DNA from: Chrysomallon squamiferum
Taxonomy: Eukaryota > Animalia > Mollusca
Assembly (NCBI GenBank): GCA_012295275.1
Contig: CM022670.1
Coordinates: 27,528,001-27,592,000, forward strand
DNA length: 64,000 nt
Direction: 5' to 3'
The translations under genes and the position numbers were made by a program. Shown piece after piece: positions 14,001 through 27,280 of the stretch. The notes below the pieces were generated by a model that searched no databases, was not told the DNA's origin, and saw nothing but the letters and a program-made list of their open reading frames with translations. How positions within the stretch are numbered: the stretch's first letter is position 1; each line of letters starts with the position of its first letter.

Positions 14001-15433
14001 TTCTGTGTATAAAACTTGATCGTTTGACATGAGTTGGACTGTGTTAATTGTCATTTTCTCTTAAATGCTGTTAGTTACTGTAAATAATAAGATAAAAGAA
14101 AGAAGTATATCTGTCACTGACAAGAATATTTGCATAACAAAGGTTTCTTTCAAAGGATTAGATTAATGATCAGATTTGTAAAATTCTATGTTTAAACAAG
14201 ATTTGATCCCTAATTTAGTAATATTGATTTACCATCTTTTGTATTTGAATTGTTTGCATATTATTATTACTTCATTACTTTGTTTCAGGATCAACTCAGA
14301 CTTTGGGCCTCTCAATTTAGGACATGTTTATCGATTTTGCCAAAAATTGGAAAGCTATTTGTCTGTAAGAATTTACGTATTTGAGAACAAACCAAGATAA
14401 TCACATGATCTTTACTCAGAATTACAAATCTTTACACAGTCTTTGAGTGAATCAGTGCTGATAATTTGTTGCTTCCATGCAGACTGGGTTTATACTAACT
14501 GTAATAAGCTGTTGTAATGGAAATTTTTAATAAAATTCAGCTTCATAAATTAATTTTGAGGAAAGAATATGAATAACTTTTCTTCAATTTTGAAGTAAAT
14601 TAAAACCTTAATTATGTATTTGTTACTTTACTACTGGGATACTCCTTGTTTTTCGTAATGAAATTTTCTTTACAGCTTTAAATGTTAAAAATAATTCTGT
14701 ATTGATATTAGAAATAACAGAATTTTATTGACACAGGGATAATTTGCTATCATTCAAAAAATAATCTTTCTTTTATTTCTGTTGATGCTGTAAATGATTA
14801 CTACTTTTGTGGGTAAATATAGATTTATATTTAGGATGTGGTTCATGGTATTCGTTTTAAAAATGTAAAATAAAAATAATTTATTAATCACAACACTTAA
14901 TAGTTCATTTTTTTGTTTTCAGTGCTTCTCATTGGCAAACAAAAAAATTGTATATTACACCAGATATAATGCAAAAAAACGTGCCAATGCGGCCTTCTTG
15001 ATTGGCTGTTATGCTGTAAGTATATATCTAGTTGGAACTAAGATTCTGTTAATAATTTAAATTGTATTCAGATATACGTTTGATACAAATGCAAACCTTA
15101 TGACTACTCAATCATAATTTATGAATGGAAAAATGTAATGGATATAATACAGATTTTGACTGATATTTAAATAAAGAGGAAAAAAAAGAGTCGCCATTTC
15201 CTGAGCTTAAATTAAAGCCTTCTATGTTGAATATTTTCCATTTTCAGACTCTATATTTGAATAAAACACCAGAAGAAGCCTACAACATGCTTGTTGCAGC
15301 AGCAGATCAGCCATTCCGGCCATTTAGGTAAGACATACGTTGTCCATCAGTTATTTATATATTCATATACTTATCTTGGATTTCAGTGTATACTTTTGAT
15401 GTAATAATAATAACAATAATAATAATAATAATA

Positions 15434-15473
<40 letters not shown>

Positions 15474-15757
15474 GCCTGCTTACAAGTTACATTGATCACT
15501 TGTAAGTGCTAATTACTTTTCTTCGTAATTGTTTTCGAACATGATGTGACCTTGATAGGAAGTAATGTAACTGACACAGAAATCGCCAAAGCTGAATTAC
15601 TAGCTCAATATTGATTTCATGATTTAGCATTCAAGGAAATGAGCTGTCTTAATAAATAGTGAACTTTTTCGTTCAAACAATTATGTAATTATATTTGTAA
15701 ATTAAATTAATAATTGCATTGATGAAATGCATGTCATTTATATTTACCCAATGTTTA

Positions 15758-15832
<75 letters not shown>

Positions 15833-17868
15833 TTTTGGAAGTACATAAATTAGAATGCACTTGGACATTAATTTCATTGAGGGGAAAGTTTATTGCTTTC
15901 TAAAGTCACTTTTGTTTTTCTTCTTCGTGGTACGTTCCCCAAAACACTTGATTATAACTGTTGTCCGACTTGACCTTTATAAAAAGTTCAGTGTAGTTTT
16001 ACACTCACTCGGGCTTATTTTCTTATTCTGTGTCTTGCAGTTGCAAAACAAAATGGTTGGGTGATTTAAAATCAAGCTTTTCTGTTTGTGTGGCTTTCTT
16101 ATTATAATTTAAAAAAATTTAAATAACAAAAATCGACTAATTCCACTTGATTGAAAACAAAGCTGTGCTTAACATATTTATTCAATATTATCATAACTTT
16201 TAATACAACTGCCATAAAATCAAACAAAATGTATAATTTTTTCCCCCACATTTAACATTGTTTCAGTAAAAGTAACTGTGTTTTTAGAATAAACAACCCC
16301 CAGCAAACATCTGACTAAAACAGTAGACAAAATAATTGTATTATTGATACTTTCCATCTCTGGATTTCAAAAGGTCATAAAAAGTTTCTGTACATAAATC
16401 TTGAAAAAAATAATAGCTTTGAAGAATTGAAGACTATGCAGTAATATAACCAGTATTATAATTTGATTTTATTATTTTCCAGGGATGCTGCGTTTGGGTC
16501 CTGCACATATTTTCTTACCTTGCTGGATTGCTTCAAAGCAATTAAAAAAGTAAATGTTACACCTCAAAATACCTCGTTACGAGAGAATTAAATTTTATTA
16601 TGAAATAAATTGGCATATCTTTTTTTTAAATCTATTATCTTACCAGAATTTAATTTTGTTTAAAACTATCAGTTAAATAGAGTATGAAAAAGAGTAAAAC
16701 TCGAATCAATTAAAAACTGTTGTGATAAAGTTGTGTGATGGTACATTGATTTAAACTTACACTGGATAACTATTTGACTAAATAGGTTCTGCCAGTTTTA
16801 GTGCAGAAATTTTTCTTAAACACTAATAAATTACAACACAGAAGTAATTTAAGTATCTCAAATGTTCTGCAGTATGGAAAGTTATGGGTTTTATTTTTGT
16901 AGTGATAAAATTTCGTGAATGCCAGAAGTGAGTTTCTTAATTGTTTTTGTATGTGTGTCGTTGTTGTTATTGTTATTATTATTATAGTTGTTATTATTAT
17001 TGTTATTATTATTATCATTATATTGCTAGGCACAGGACAATGGATTTTTTGATTTCCGTAACTTCAACATCTCAAAATATGACTTCTATGATGTACGTAT
17101 CCATAAAATATATGTTATTGAATCTAATTCAGTCTAAACAATTATACTTTAATAAGTAATATCAGTGATGTATTTGTTTTACAAGTGAAAAGATTGAGTT
17201 AAAGATGTAAATATTTAAAATTATTGCTCCATATGTATAATTTTACTGTAGCTTAAATGTGCGAGTACAAATGATTTATATTTAACATCCTGGTAACATT
17301 GTGTAGATAATGTTTAAGTAAACTCTTGTTACTCAGTGTAATATTAACATGTAATATTAATGTGAGAGAGGAAACACTGCTACCACCTAGTGACCAACCA
17401 TTATCACTACAACAATCTTTGAAAGTAAATAGCCCAAAACAGTGAGGGACAGAGCCATTTTATTAAATATGTGCACTTTACAGATTATTTTGAGATTAAG
17501 AAGAAAAACCACATAGATCCATAAAACATTCTGAGTAAACACTCACCTTTTTTATATATTGTGGTTTATTTTCAGCATGTTAGATAATTTATATAATATG
17601 TAATGAGGTAAAAAATAAAGTATCTTATTCTTAGACATTAAAAAAACATTGTAAGTAACATTCTTTGGTGAATTTAGGCTTTTAAAGCCCTATATCTGGA
17701 AATGTATTTTCTATGGGATTAAACTGGATGTAAAACATCAGTCCTATATATAAGTAGACTATTATTTTTTTTTACAGAAAGTTGACAATGGAGATTTGCA
17801 TTGGGTGATCCCAAACAAGTTTTTAGCCTTTTGTGGGCCTCATCGTACAACAGAAATTGACGATAAAG
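11048..17868 (+). CDS. cdc14: CDC14-family phosphatase, exons 1-8 (N-terminal A domain); truncated by the assembly gap
   Basis: In-phase GT-AG exons 11048-11087, 13374-13464, 14289-14364, 14923-15015, 15248-15327, 16483-16549, 17030-17092, 17778-17868, encoding [18 protein letters not shown]...[14 protein letters not shown]...[14 protein letters not shown]...PFRDAAFG...GFFDF...[20 protein letters not shown], which are typical CDC14 motifs. Confidence 0.93.
11421..11627. repeat. Imperfect ~200-bp foldback (MITE-like) in CDC14 intron 1; mirrored at about 43192-43398
   Basis: ccaaacaagtctagtgagcgccgtcgatctatttttcgaa (from 11444) pairs with ttccaaaaatagatcggtgccgttcactagacttgttttgg (from 11561), and flanking bases extend the stem. 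Confidence 0.7.
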
Positions 17869-18715
17869 GTATGAAATAATAAGGCATAGTTTAAAGTTAC
17901 TACATCATAGTTCATATTCATATTTTTAATACCAACACCATTGCATATTATTTTTGTTTTGTGAAATGCCAGCCAGAAATATTTATTTATTTGTTTATTT
18001 TGTCAAACAATTTAATATTGTTAAAAAAATCAGAAATTAATTTAAATTTATTTTTGACAACTGAAGAATAATGCAGCCATCAAAGAAAACTCACTCCTGT
18101 GAAAACAATGTCTCTCTGCAAAAATCAGTCAAAACACACGTTTACATATAAATTCCTGCCAGTCTATTCGTTTTTGTTTTGTTAGTTGATTGTTGAAACA
18201 TTTACTAGTTAAATTTCAACTGCTTATTTTTCTTTCAATTTTTTGTTAATGTTGGTTTTGAAAAATTTACTTCTATCAACTTACAATAATTTGTTCTTTT
18301 ATTGTATTGTTTGAGACTTTTAAAATTGCGTTGAAATCATTATTTCTACATGATTTGTTTTTTTTTCTTTTTATTAATTATGTGTCAAATATTAGTTATA
18401 AATCTGTTCTAATTTCTTAGTATTTTAATGCAGTAATTATTATTTCTGCGTATAAAAAGCAGCACATGAATAATTTAGATGAATGTATTTAAACTAGAAT
18501 TACATTTAATTAAAAGTGATAGTGTTAGAAAACATTTTTTTGATCTAGTTTAAGTTACAAGTATTTCTTAGATAGCAAATAAATAATCTTTTTTCTGGCA
18601 TGTACTTGACAAAACAAGAAGGTTTAAATTTCTTACTGAGTTCTCTACCCAAGCAGATTAATTGGTGCTCAAGCAGTCAGCTCTGATTAAACTGCTGGTG
18701 TGTGTTTTTTCTATC

Positions 18716-18915
18716 NNNNNNNNNNNNNNNNNNNNNNNNNNNNNNNNNNNNNNNNNNNNNNNNNNNNNNNNNNNNNNNNNNNNNNNNNNNNNNNNNNNNN
18801 NNNNNNNNNNNNNNNNNNNNNNNNNNNNNNNNNNNNNNNNNNNNNNNNNNNNNNNNNNNNNNNNNNNNNNNNNNNNNNNNNNNNNNNNNNNNNNNNNNNN
18901 NNNNNNNNNNNNNNN
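18716..18915. other. Assembly gap (200 N)
   Basis: Run of N of round length, typical of a scaffolding join. Confidence 1.
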
Positions 18916-19160
18916 TTGAGTATTAAGTTTTCCAACTGTTTTCCTCTGATGTTTACATCGTCACATCCCCAAAAGTGTGGTGACCATTAAATTCTCCAGT
19001 AACAATGAAGGGAGTAACGTAGTTGGTCAAGAAGACCTCGAAGTGTCTTGAGATTAAAATTAAAATGATTAAATGGTGGCAAATAAACTGAGTTCAGAGT
19101 AATAGTTTTAACATCTGAGTTTGCCAGATGCACCAATGCAAGGTAATCACGAAGGAAAAA
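18916..19160 (-). mobile_element. LINE APE-endonuclease remnant, cut by the gap
   Basis: Near-identical to 53188-53430, which reads SVYLPP...LLDQL..PFIVTGEFNGHH. Confidence 0.75.
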
Positions 19161-20559
19161 AGAAAGCCTCCCAAAAAGGCAATTTTTGGCTCCAAAAATT
19201 CATTTAGGAGACAGGTTTACATTTCTAACATTTGAAAACAACAACAACAACAACAACAACAATAATAATAAAATTTTAAAAATCGGTATTTGCATGAACA
19301 TAGGTCGCGCAACAACATGTCACTGTATTCCAAGAAACTTTCAGCAAGATAGGATTAAAATATATCTTAATACTTATGTTGTCAAGAGCTCTTTTCACCG
19401 TTTGTTGTGAAAAAGAGATTAATATTTGAAACTAGATTCTTGTTCTAGATAGGTTCAGAAATTAAATGAATATGTGCACAGTTTATCCTACTGTTTTGAG
19501 CAAACAAATGCATAGGTTAAGTCCCGTAACAAAGGATTTTATTTAGTTTTGCTCAAATACATACTGTGTGATGACACTTTTGGCAGTAAATAGCATTGTA
19601 AGGATTGATTGATTTATTCTTGAAAAACCCACCACTGAATGGTATGATGTGTGTGTTTCAATGTACACATATGCACTTTCTAAGCAAACTAAAATACAGC
19701 GAAGATTATAGAATCAATTTAGGATAAAGTAGTGAAAAGGTTAGGTTTGAGAGAAACTGTAAAATTTAAGACACTATCCTTTGAAAGTATTAAGTTTAAA
19801 AAAACTGTTTTCGTAAGATGATGTATTTATTCTGAAATTCATGTTTTTAAAACATTTCTGCATTATTCAATTAACAAACAAAAATCAATACTGCTATTAA
19901 AATCAATTACTTTTTAAAAATAATTAATGTTCATTCTTGTAGTGACTAAGACAAGTACCTTTAAACTAAGAAAATATGTAAATTTGTGTCATTGTAAGAA
20001 TTTACAAATTGATAAAATTTCGATTATGTTAGCAACTTTATTATATGAATTACTATAATACTTCTGAAATATAACAATAAATAGTCACGAAAAAGTAAAA
20101 AACACACTCACACACACTATATATATATATATATATATATTAAAAAGATAAAGCAACTCAGATTGCATGATTAAACATTTTTATTTTTTGTAATTACATG
20201 AATATGACTAGAAATTAAAATCAAACCCACCCAAAAAAAAAAAAAAAAAAAATAGACTACAGCCCCCACAAAAAAAAAAAAAAAAAAAAACTACCCAAAA
20301 ACACAACATTCTTATTTTAATGTGTTAAAAAAAAAAAACAAGTTTAAGGAAAATAAAATGAAGTTTAACTATGATTAAAGTCTGAAAACAGGTACATAGT
20401 AGAATGTACATAGTAGAATGTACATAGTAGAGACAATGTGAATACAATGAATATTCGCATTTTTTAAGAAAAAATAAAAGTTAACATATTATTATAAACA
20501 AAGCAGATTTCCAAATGGCAATTATTTTTTTAAATATTTTTATATATTATTTTGAACAA

Positions 20560-21389
20560 AAATGTATTAAATAGTATTAACTACAGTTTGCAGAAAATAC
20601 AAGGCTAGAATCCAAGAGAGAACAAGGTTTAATATCAATGAATACCTATGCATTAAAAACACACCTAAAACAAGTGATTGGGAAATAGCCAATTACTATT
20701 TTAATGATAAATTATTCTAAAAAAAAAAAAAAAAAAAAAATGGAAGAAAATTTTAAAAATTAATTATAAAATGATAATAAGCAAGAGCAAAATTTTCGGA
20801 ATACACAAAGTGATTTATCAACGATCATATTCAATATTTGTAAGATTTTTTTTTTATTTTTTTTATCTTTGCTATATTGTGGAAATACTGGTAATTTGAT
20901 AGAATATTTTTTATATATATTAAAATTTAAGTGATGAAAACAAATGACTGGGAAATAGCCAATAACTATTTTAATAAAACTATTTTAAGGTATAAAAACA
21001 AGTGATCAGGAAGTAGCCAATTAATATTTTAATGCTAAATTATTCTATCTTTCAAAAAAAAAAAAAAAAAAAAAAAAAAAGAATATTTTAAAAATTAATT
21101 ATAAAATGATAATAAGGAAGAGCAAAATTTTCGGAATACACAAAGTGATTTATCAATGATCATATTCAATATTTGTAAGATTTTTTTTTTTTTTTTTTTT
21201 TTTATCTTCGCTGTATTGTGGAAATACTGGTAATTTGATAGAATATTTTTTATATATATTAAAATTTAAGTGATGAAAACAAATGACTGGGAAATAGCCA
21301 ATAACTATTTTAATAAAACTATTTTAAGGTATAAAAACAAGTGATCAGGAAGTAGCCAATTAATATTTTAATGCTAAATTATTCTATCT

Positions 21390-21423
<34 letters not shown>

Positions 21424-21519
21424 AAAAGAAAATTAAAAAATTATTATAAAATTATAATAACCAATAGCAAAATTTTCTGAATACACAGAGTGATTTATTA
21501 CGAATGATATTCAATATTT

Positions 21520-21554
<35 letters not shown>

Positions 21555-21915
21555 CAGTTTGTGGAAATACTGGTAATTTGATAGAAGATTTTTATATATA
21601 TTAAAATTTAAGTGATAAAAACAAGTGACTAGGAAAAAGCCAGTAACTATTTTAATAAAACTATTAAATTTATTTTATAGGTTATTAAAGGTAATCAAAA
21701 AATGATGAATAACTAACAGCAAAAATTTTTGAACACACAAAATGACATTTGTAAGATTTCTTTTTTTTTAGATGTAGCAAATACCAGGTAGAATCCAAGA
21801 GGGAACAAGGTTTAATATCAATGAATACCTATGCATTAAAAAAACAGACCTAAAACAAGTGATGGGGAAATAGCCAATTACTATTTTAATATTAAATTAT
21901 TCTATCTATCAAAAA

Positions 21916-21974
<59 letters not shown>

Positions 21975-22452
21975 AAATTAAAATAAATAATAAAATAAAA
22001 ATTACATAAAGCCGACAAATTTTTTGGAATACACAAAATCATTTATTAAGGATGATATTCAATATTTTTAAGATTTTTTTTTTTTTAACTTGGCTATATT
22101 CTGGAAATACTGGAAATCTGATAGAATATTTTTTATATATATTAAAATTTAAGTGTTAAAAACAAGTGACTGGGAAATAGCAAATAACAATTTTAGTAAA
22201 TATATTATTTTTTTTTTTTTTTTTTATTCTTTTTCTAAATCGAAAGATAATTAAAAAGGTAACCAACAGCAAACGTTTTTGAACACACAAAATGATATTT
22301 GTAAGATTTCTTTTCTTCAACTCGGTTGTATTGTGGAAATACTGGTAACTTGATACAAAATGTTTTAAATATATTTAAATTTAAGGTATAAAAACAAGTG
22401 ATCAGGAAGTAGCCAATTAATATTTTAATGCTAAATTATTCTATCTTTCTTT

Positions 22453-22492
<40 letters not shown>

Positions 22493-22588
22493 AAGAATAT
22501 TTTAAAAATTAATTATAAAATGATAATAAGCAAGAGCAAAATTTTCGGAATACACAAAGTGATTTATCAATGATCATATTCAATATTT

Positions 22589-22629
<41 letters not shown>

Positions 22630-22819
22630 CTTCGCTATATTGTGGAAATACTGGTAATTTCATAGAATATTTTTTATATATATTAAAATTTAAGTGATAA
22701 AAACAAATGACTGGGAAAAAGCCAGTAACTATTTTAATAAAACTATTTTAAGGTATAAAAACAAGTGATCAGGAAGTAGCCAATTAATATTTTAATGCTA
22801 AATTATTCTATTCTATCTT

Positions 22820-22866
<47 letters not shown>

Positions 22867-23338
22867 AAATTAAAAAATTATTATAAAATGATAATAACCA
22901 ATAGCAAAACTTTCCGAATACACAAAGTGATTTATCAATGATCATATTAAATATTTGTAAGATTTTTTTTTTCAGTTTGGCTATATTGTGGAAATACAGG
23001 TAATTTGATAGAAGATTTTTATATATATTAAAATTTAAGTGATAAAAACAAGTGACTAGGAAAAAGCCAGTAACTATTTTAATAAAACTATTAAATTTAT
23101 TTTATAGGTTATTAAAGGTAATCAAAAAATGATGAATAACAAACAGCAAAAATTTTTGAACACACAAAATGACATTTGTAAGATTTCTTTTTTTAGATGT
23201 AGCAAATACCAGGTAGAATCCAAGAGGGAACAAGGTTTAATATCAATGAATACCTATGCATTAAAAACACACCTAAAACAAGTGATGGGGAAATAGCCAA
23301 TTACTATTTTAATATTAAATTATTCTATCTATCAAAAA

Positions 23339-23393
<55 letters not shown>

Positions 23394-23997
23394 ATACAAA
23401 TTAAAATAAATAATAAAATAAAAATTACATAAAGCCGACAAAATTTTTGGAATACACAAAATCATTTATTAAGGATGATATTCAATATTTTTAAGATTTT
23501 TTTTTTTTTAACTTGGCTATATTCTGGAAACACTGGAAATCTGATAGAATATTTTTTATATATATTAAAATTTAAGTGTTAAAAACAAGTGACTGGGAAA
23601 TAGCAAATAACAATTTTAATAAATATATTATTTTTTTTTTTTTTTTTTTATTCTTTTTATAAATCGAAAGATAATCAAAAAGGTAACCAACAGCAAACGT
23701 TTTTGAACACACAAAATGATATTTGTAAGATTTCTTTTCTTCAACTCGGTTGTATTGTGGAAATACTGGTAACTTGATACAAAATGTTTTAAATATATTT
23801 AAATTTAAGGTATAAAAACAAGTGATCAGGAAGTAGCCAATTAATATTTTAATGCTAAATTATTCTATCTTTCAAAAAAAAAAAAAAAAAAAAAAAAATG
23901 GAAGAATATTTTAAAAATTAATTATAAAATGATAATAAGCAAGAGCAAAATTTTCGGAATACACAAAGTGATTTATCAATGATCATATTCAATATTT

Positions 23998-24031
<34 letters not shown>

Positions 24032-25370
24032 CTTCGCTATATTGTGGAAATACTGGTAATTTCATAGAATATTTTTTATATATATTAAAATTTAAGTGAT
24101 AAAAACAAGTGACTAGGAAAAAGCCAGTAACTATTTTAATAAAACTATTAAATTTATTTTATAGGTTATTAAAGGTAATCAAAAAATGATGACTTGATAC
24201 AATATGTTTTAAATATATTTAAATTTAAGGTATAAAAACAAGTGATCAGGAAGTAGCCAATTAATATTTTAATGCTAAATTATTCTATCTTTCAAAAAAA
24301 AAAAAAAAAAAAAAAAAAAAATAAAAAAAAAAATTAAAAAAAAAATTAAAAAAAAATTAAATGAAAATTAAAAAATTATTATAAAATGATTATTCTATCT
24401 ATCAAAAATAAATAAATAAATAAACCAATAAATAAATAAATAAATAAAATATATTTAAATTTAAGGTATAAAAACAAGTGATCAGGAAGTAGCCAATTAA
24501 TATTTTAATGCTAAATTATTCTATCTTTCAAAAAAAAAAAAAAAAAAAAAAAATGGAAGAATATTTTAAAAATTAATTATAAAATGATAATAAGCAAGAG
24601 CAAAATTTTCGGAATACACAAAGTGATTTATCAATGATCATACTAAATATTTGTAAGATTTTTTTTTTCAGTTTGGCTATATTGTGGAAATACAGGTAAT
24701 TTGATAGAAGATTTTTATATATATTAAAATTTAAGTGATAAAAACAAGTGACTAGGAAAAAGACAGTAACTATTTTAATAAAACTTAAATTTATTTTATA
24801 GGTTATTAAAGGTAATCAAAAAATGATGAATAACTAACAGCAAAAATTTTTGAACACACAAAATGACATTTATAAGATTTCTTTTTTAGAATATTAGTTT
24901 AAACAAAGATGTGTTAAATAGTATTAACTACAGTTTGCAGCAAATAACAGGCTACAATCCAAGAGGGAACAAGGTTTAACATGAATGAATACCTATGCAT
25001 TAGAAACACACCTAAAACAAGTGATCAGGAAATAGCCAATTACTATTCTAAGTTAAAATTATTCTATCTATCGAAAGCAAAATGAAACAAAAAATAAAAA
25101 CAAAAGAAATAAATAAAATAAAAATTAATTAAAGCTGACAAAATTTTCAGAATACACAAAATCATTTATTAAGGATGATATTCGATATTTGTAAGATTCT
25201 TTTCTTCAACTTGGCTGTATTGTGGAAATACTGGTAACTTAAAATTTAAGTGATAAAAAGAAGTGACTGGGAAATGGCCAATAATTTTAATGAAACATTT
25301 TATGATAAAATGGTAATCAAAAAATGATAAATAACCAACCTGAAAATTTTCTGTATACACCAAATGGTAT
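20560..25370. repeat. Complex satellite A: variant ~300-380-bp monomers with poly(A) and poly(T) tracts, and a ~1.4-kb higher-order repeat
   Basis: Recurrent aaaacaagtga..ggaa.tagccaatta, ggaatacacaaagtgatttatcaatgatcatatt and tattgtggaaatactggtaa. Landmark gatgtagcaaataccaggtagaatcc at 21771 and 23197 (1426 bp apart). Confidence 0.93.
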
Positions 25371-25389
25371 TGGTAAAAAAAAATAAAAA

Positions 25390-26560
25390 TAAAATATTGA
25401 ACTTAAATAACAATAAAGCAAAAATGAATTAATAACATGATAATAAGCAACAGCAAAATTTTCAGAATACATAATTACTATTTTAATGTCAAATTATTCT
25501 ATCTTCAAAAAAAAAAACAAACAAAAAAATAAAATTAAAATAAACGATAAATAAAAACGAATTAAAAACATGATAATAAGCAACAGCAAAATTTTCAAAA
25601 TACATAATTACTATTTTAATGTCAAATTATTCTGACTTTCAAAAAACAAAACAAACAAAAAAATTTAAAATTAAAATAAACAATAAATAAAAAAATGAAT
25701 TAAAAACAACATGATAATAAGCAACAGCAAAATTTTCAGAATACATAATTACTGTTTTAATGTCAAATTATTCTATCTCAAAAAAAACAACAATCAAAAA
25801 AAAAAAAAAAATAAAATTAAAATAAACAATAAATAAAAAATGAATTAAAAACATGATAATAACAACAGCAAAATTTTCAAAATACATAATTACTATTTTA
25901 ATGTCAAATTATTCTGACTTTCAAAAACAAAACAAACAAAAAAAAATTTAAAATTAAAATAACAATAAAGCAAAAAATGAATTAAAAACATGATAATAAG
26001 CAACAGCAAAATTTTCAGAATACATAATTACTGTTTTAATGTCAAATTATTCTATCTTTCAAAAAAAAAAAAACAAAAAAAAAAATAAAATTAAAATAAA
26101 TTCTGACTTTCAAAAACAAAATAAACAAAAAAATGAATTAAAAAACATGATAATAAGCAACAGCAAAATTTTCAGAATACATAATTACTATTTTAGTGTC
26201 AAATTATTCTAACTTTCAAAAAAAAAAAAAAAAAAAGAAACAAAAGAAAATTAAAATTAAAATAAACGATAAAATAAAAACGAATTAAAAACACAATAAT
26301 AAGAAACAGCCAAATTTTCAGGATTATACAAATACTATTTTAATGTCAAATTATTCTGTTTCAAAAAAAAAAAAAAAAAAAAAAAAAAATTAAAATTAAA
26401 ATAAACAACTAAAAAAAAATGAATAAGAAAAAAAATTATAATAACCAACAGCAAAATTTTCAGAATACACAATTACCATTTTAATGTCAAATTATTCTAT
26501 CTTTCAAAAAAAACAAAAAAAAAAAAAATTTTTTTAAATTAAAATAAACAATAAAGTAAA
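25390..26560. repeat. Satellite B: ~125-bp unit, about 9-10 copies
   Basis: catgataataagcaacagcaaaattttcagaatacataattactattttaatgtcaaattattct repeated about every 120-130 bp. Confidence 0.92.
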
Positions 26561-27178
26561 AACCATATAAAACAGCAACTGGCCAATCAAAGCTAATATC
26601 TTTTTTTGCCAGAAATAAAGCTTGACATTTTTGGCAAAGGATATCATAAATTATAACTTTGTGTATAGTTATTTAATTACATTACAAATTTTTTTATACA
26701 CTATTTCATCTACATTTAATTGTATGAATTCAAAAAATACATATTTCCAATTATCTCACCATAAAAAAACAAAACAAAAATTAAAAAAAAAAAAAAATTA
26801 AATAAAATGTTCAAAAGATAGAAAACAATTTTTTTTTAAATTAGAAAATGATGAATAAGCATGAATTAAAAAAAAAAAAAGGTATATATTTCCAATTATC
26901 TGACCAAACTATTTTTTTTTATAATTTAAAAATCACGATAATTTTCCACTTTGAAAATTGAATTTCATATTCTGATTTACAGAAATTTTCTAAATCATTC
27001 AGAAAAAAAAAGACAGACTGATAGAAAATATTATAATGACATTTTAAAACATATTGCAAACAGCAGTTTCTGTACTATACTGGCTATGTGATTGCATTAG
27101 AATTATTTAGCATTTGACAGAGAAGTTCAACTGTGTAGGAAAAGGTAATGCCACTAATTACAATAATAATAACAATGA

Positions 27179-27216
<38 letters not shown>

Positions 27217-27280
27217 TAAACAATTTTATGAATAATAAAATTACACATGCATGTGTATAAAGTTGCCATGCACTCTTGTT

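Larger units (their letters stand above)
3808..18715. repeat. Left arm of a ~14.9-kb inverted duplication (partner 36129-50984)
   Basis: Mirror-image near-identical ORFs (6953- vs 47495+, 10068- vs 44527+, 12199- vs 42371+, 16941+ vs 37681-). Arm ends checked by reverse complement. The inner end abuts the N gap. Confidence 0.97.

Noticed and set aside
18662-18990. ORFs with long X runs
   Set aside because: Artefacts of translating the N gap.
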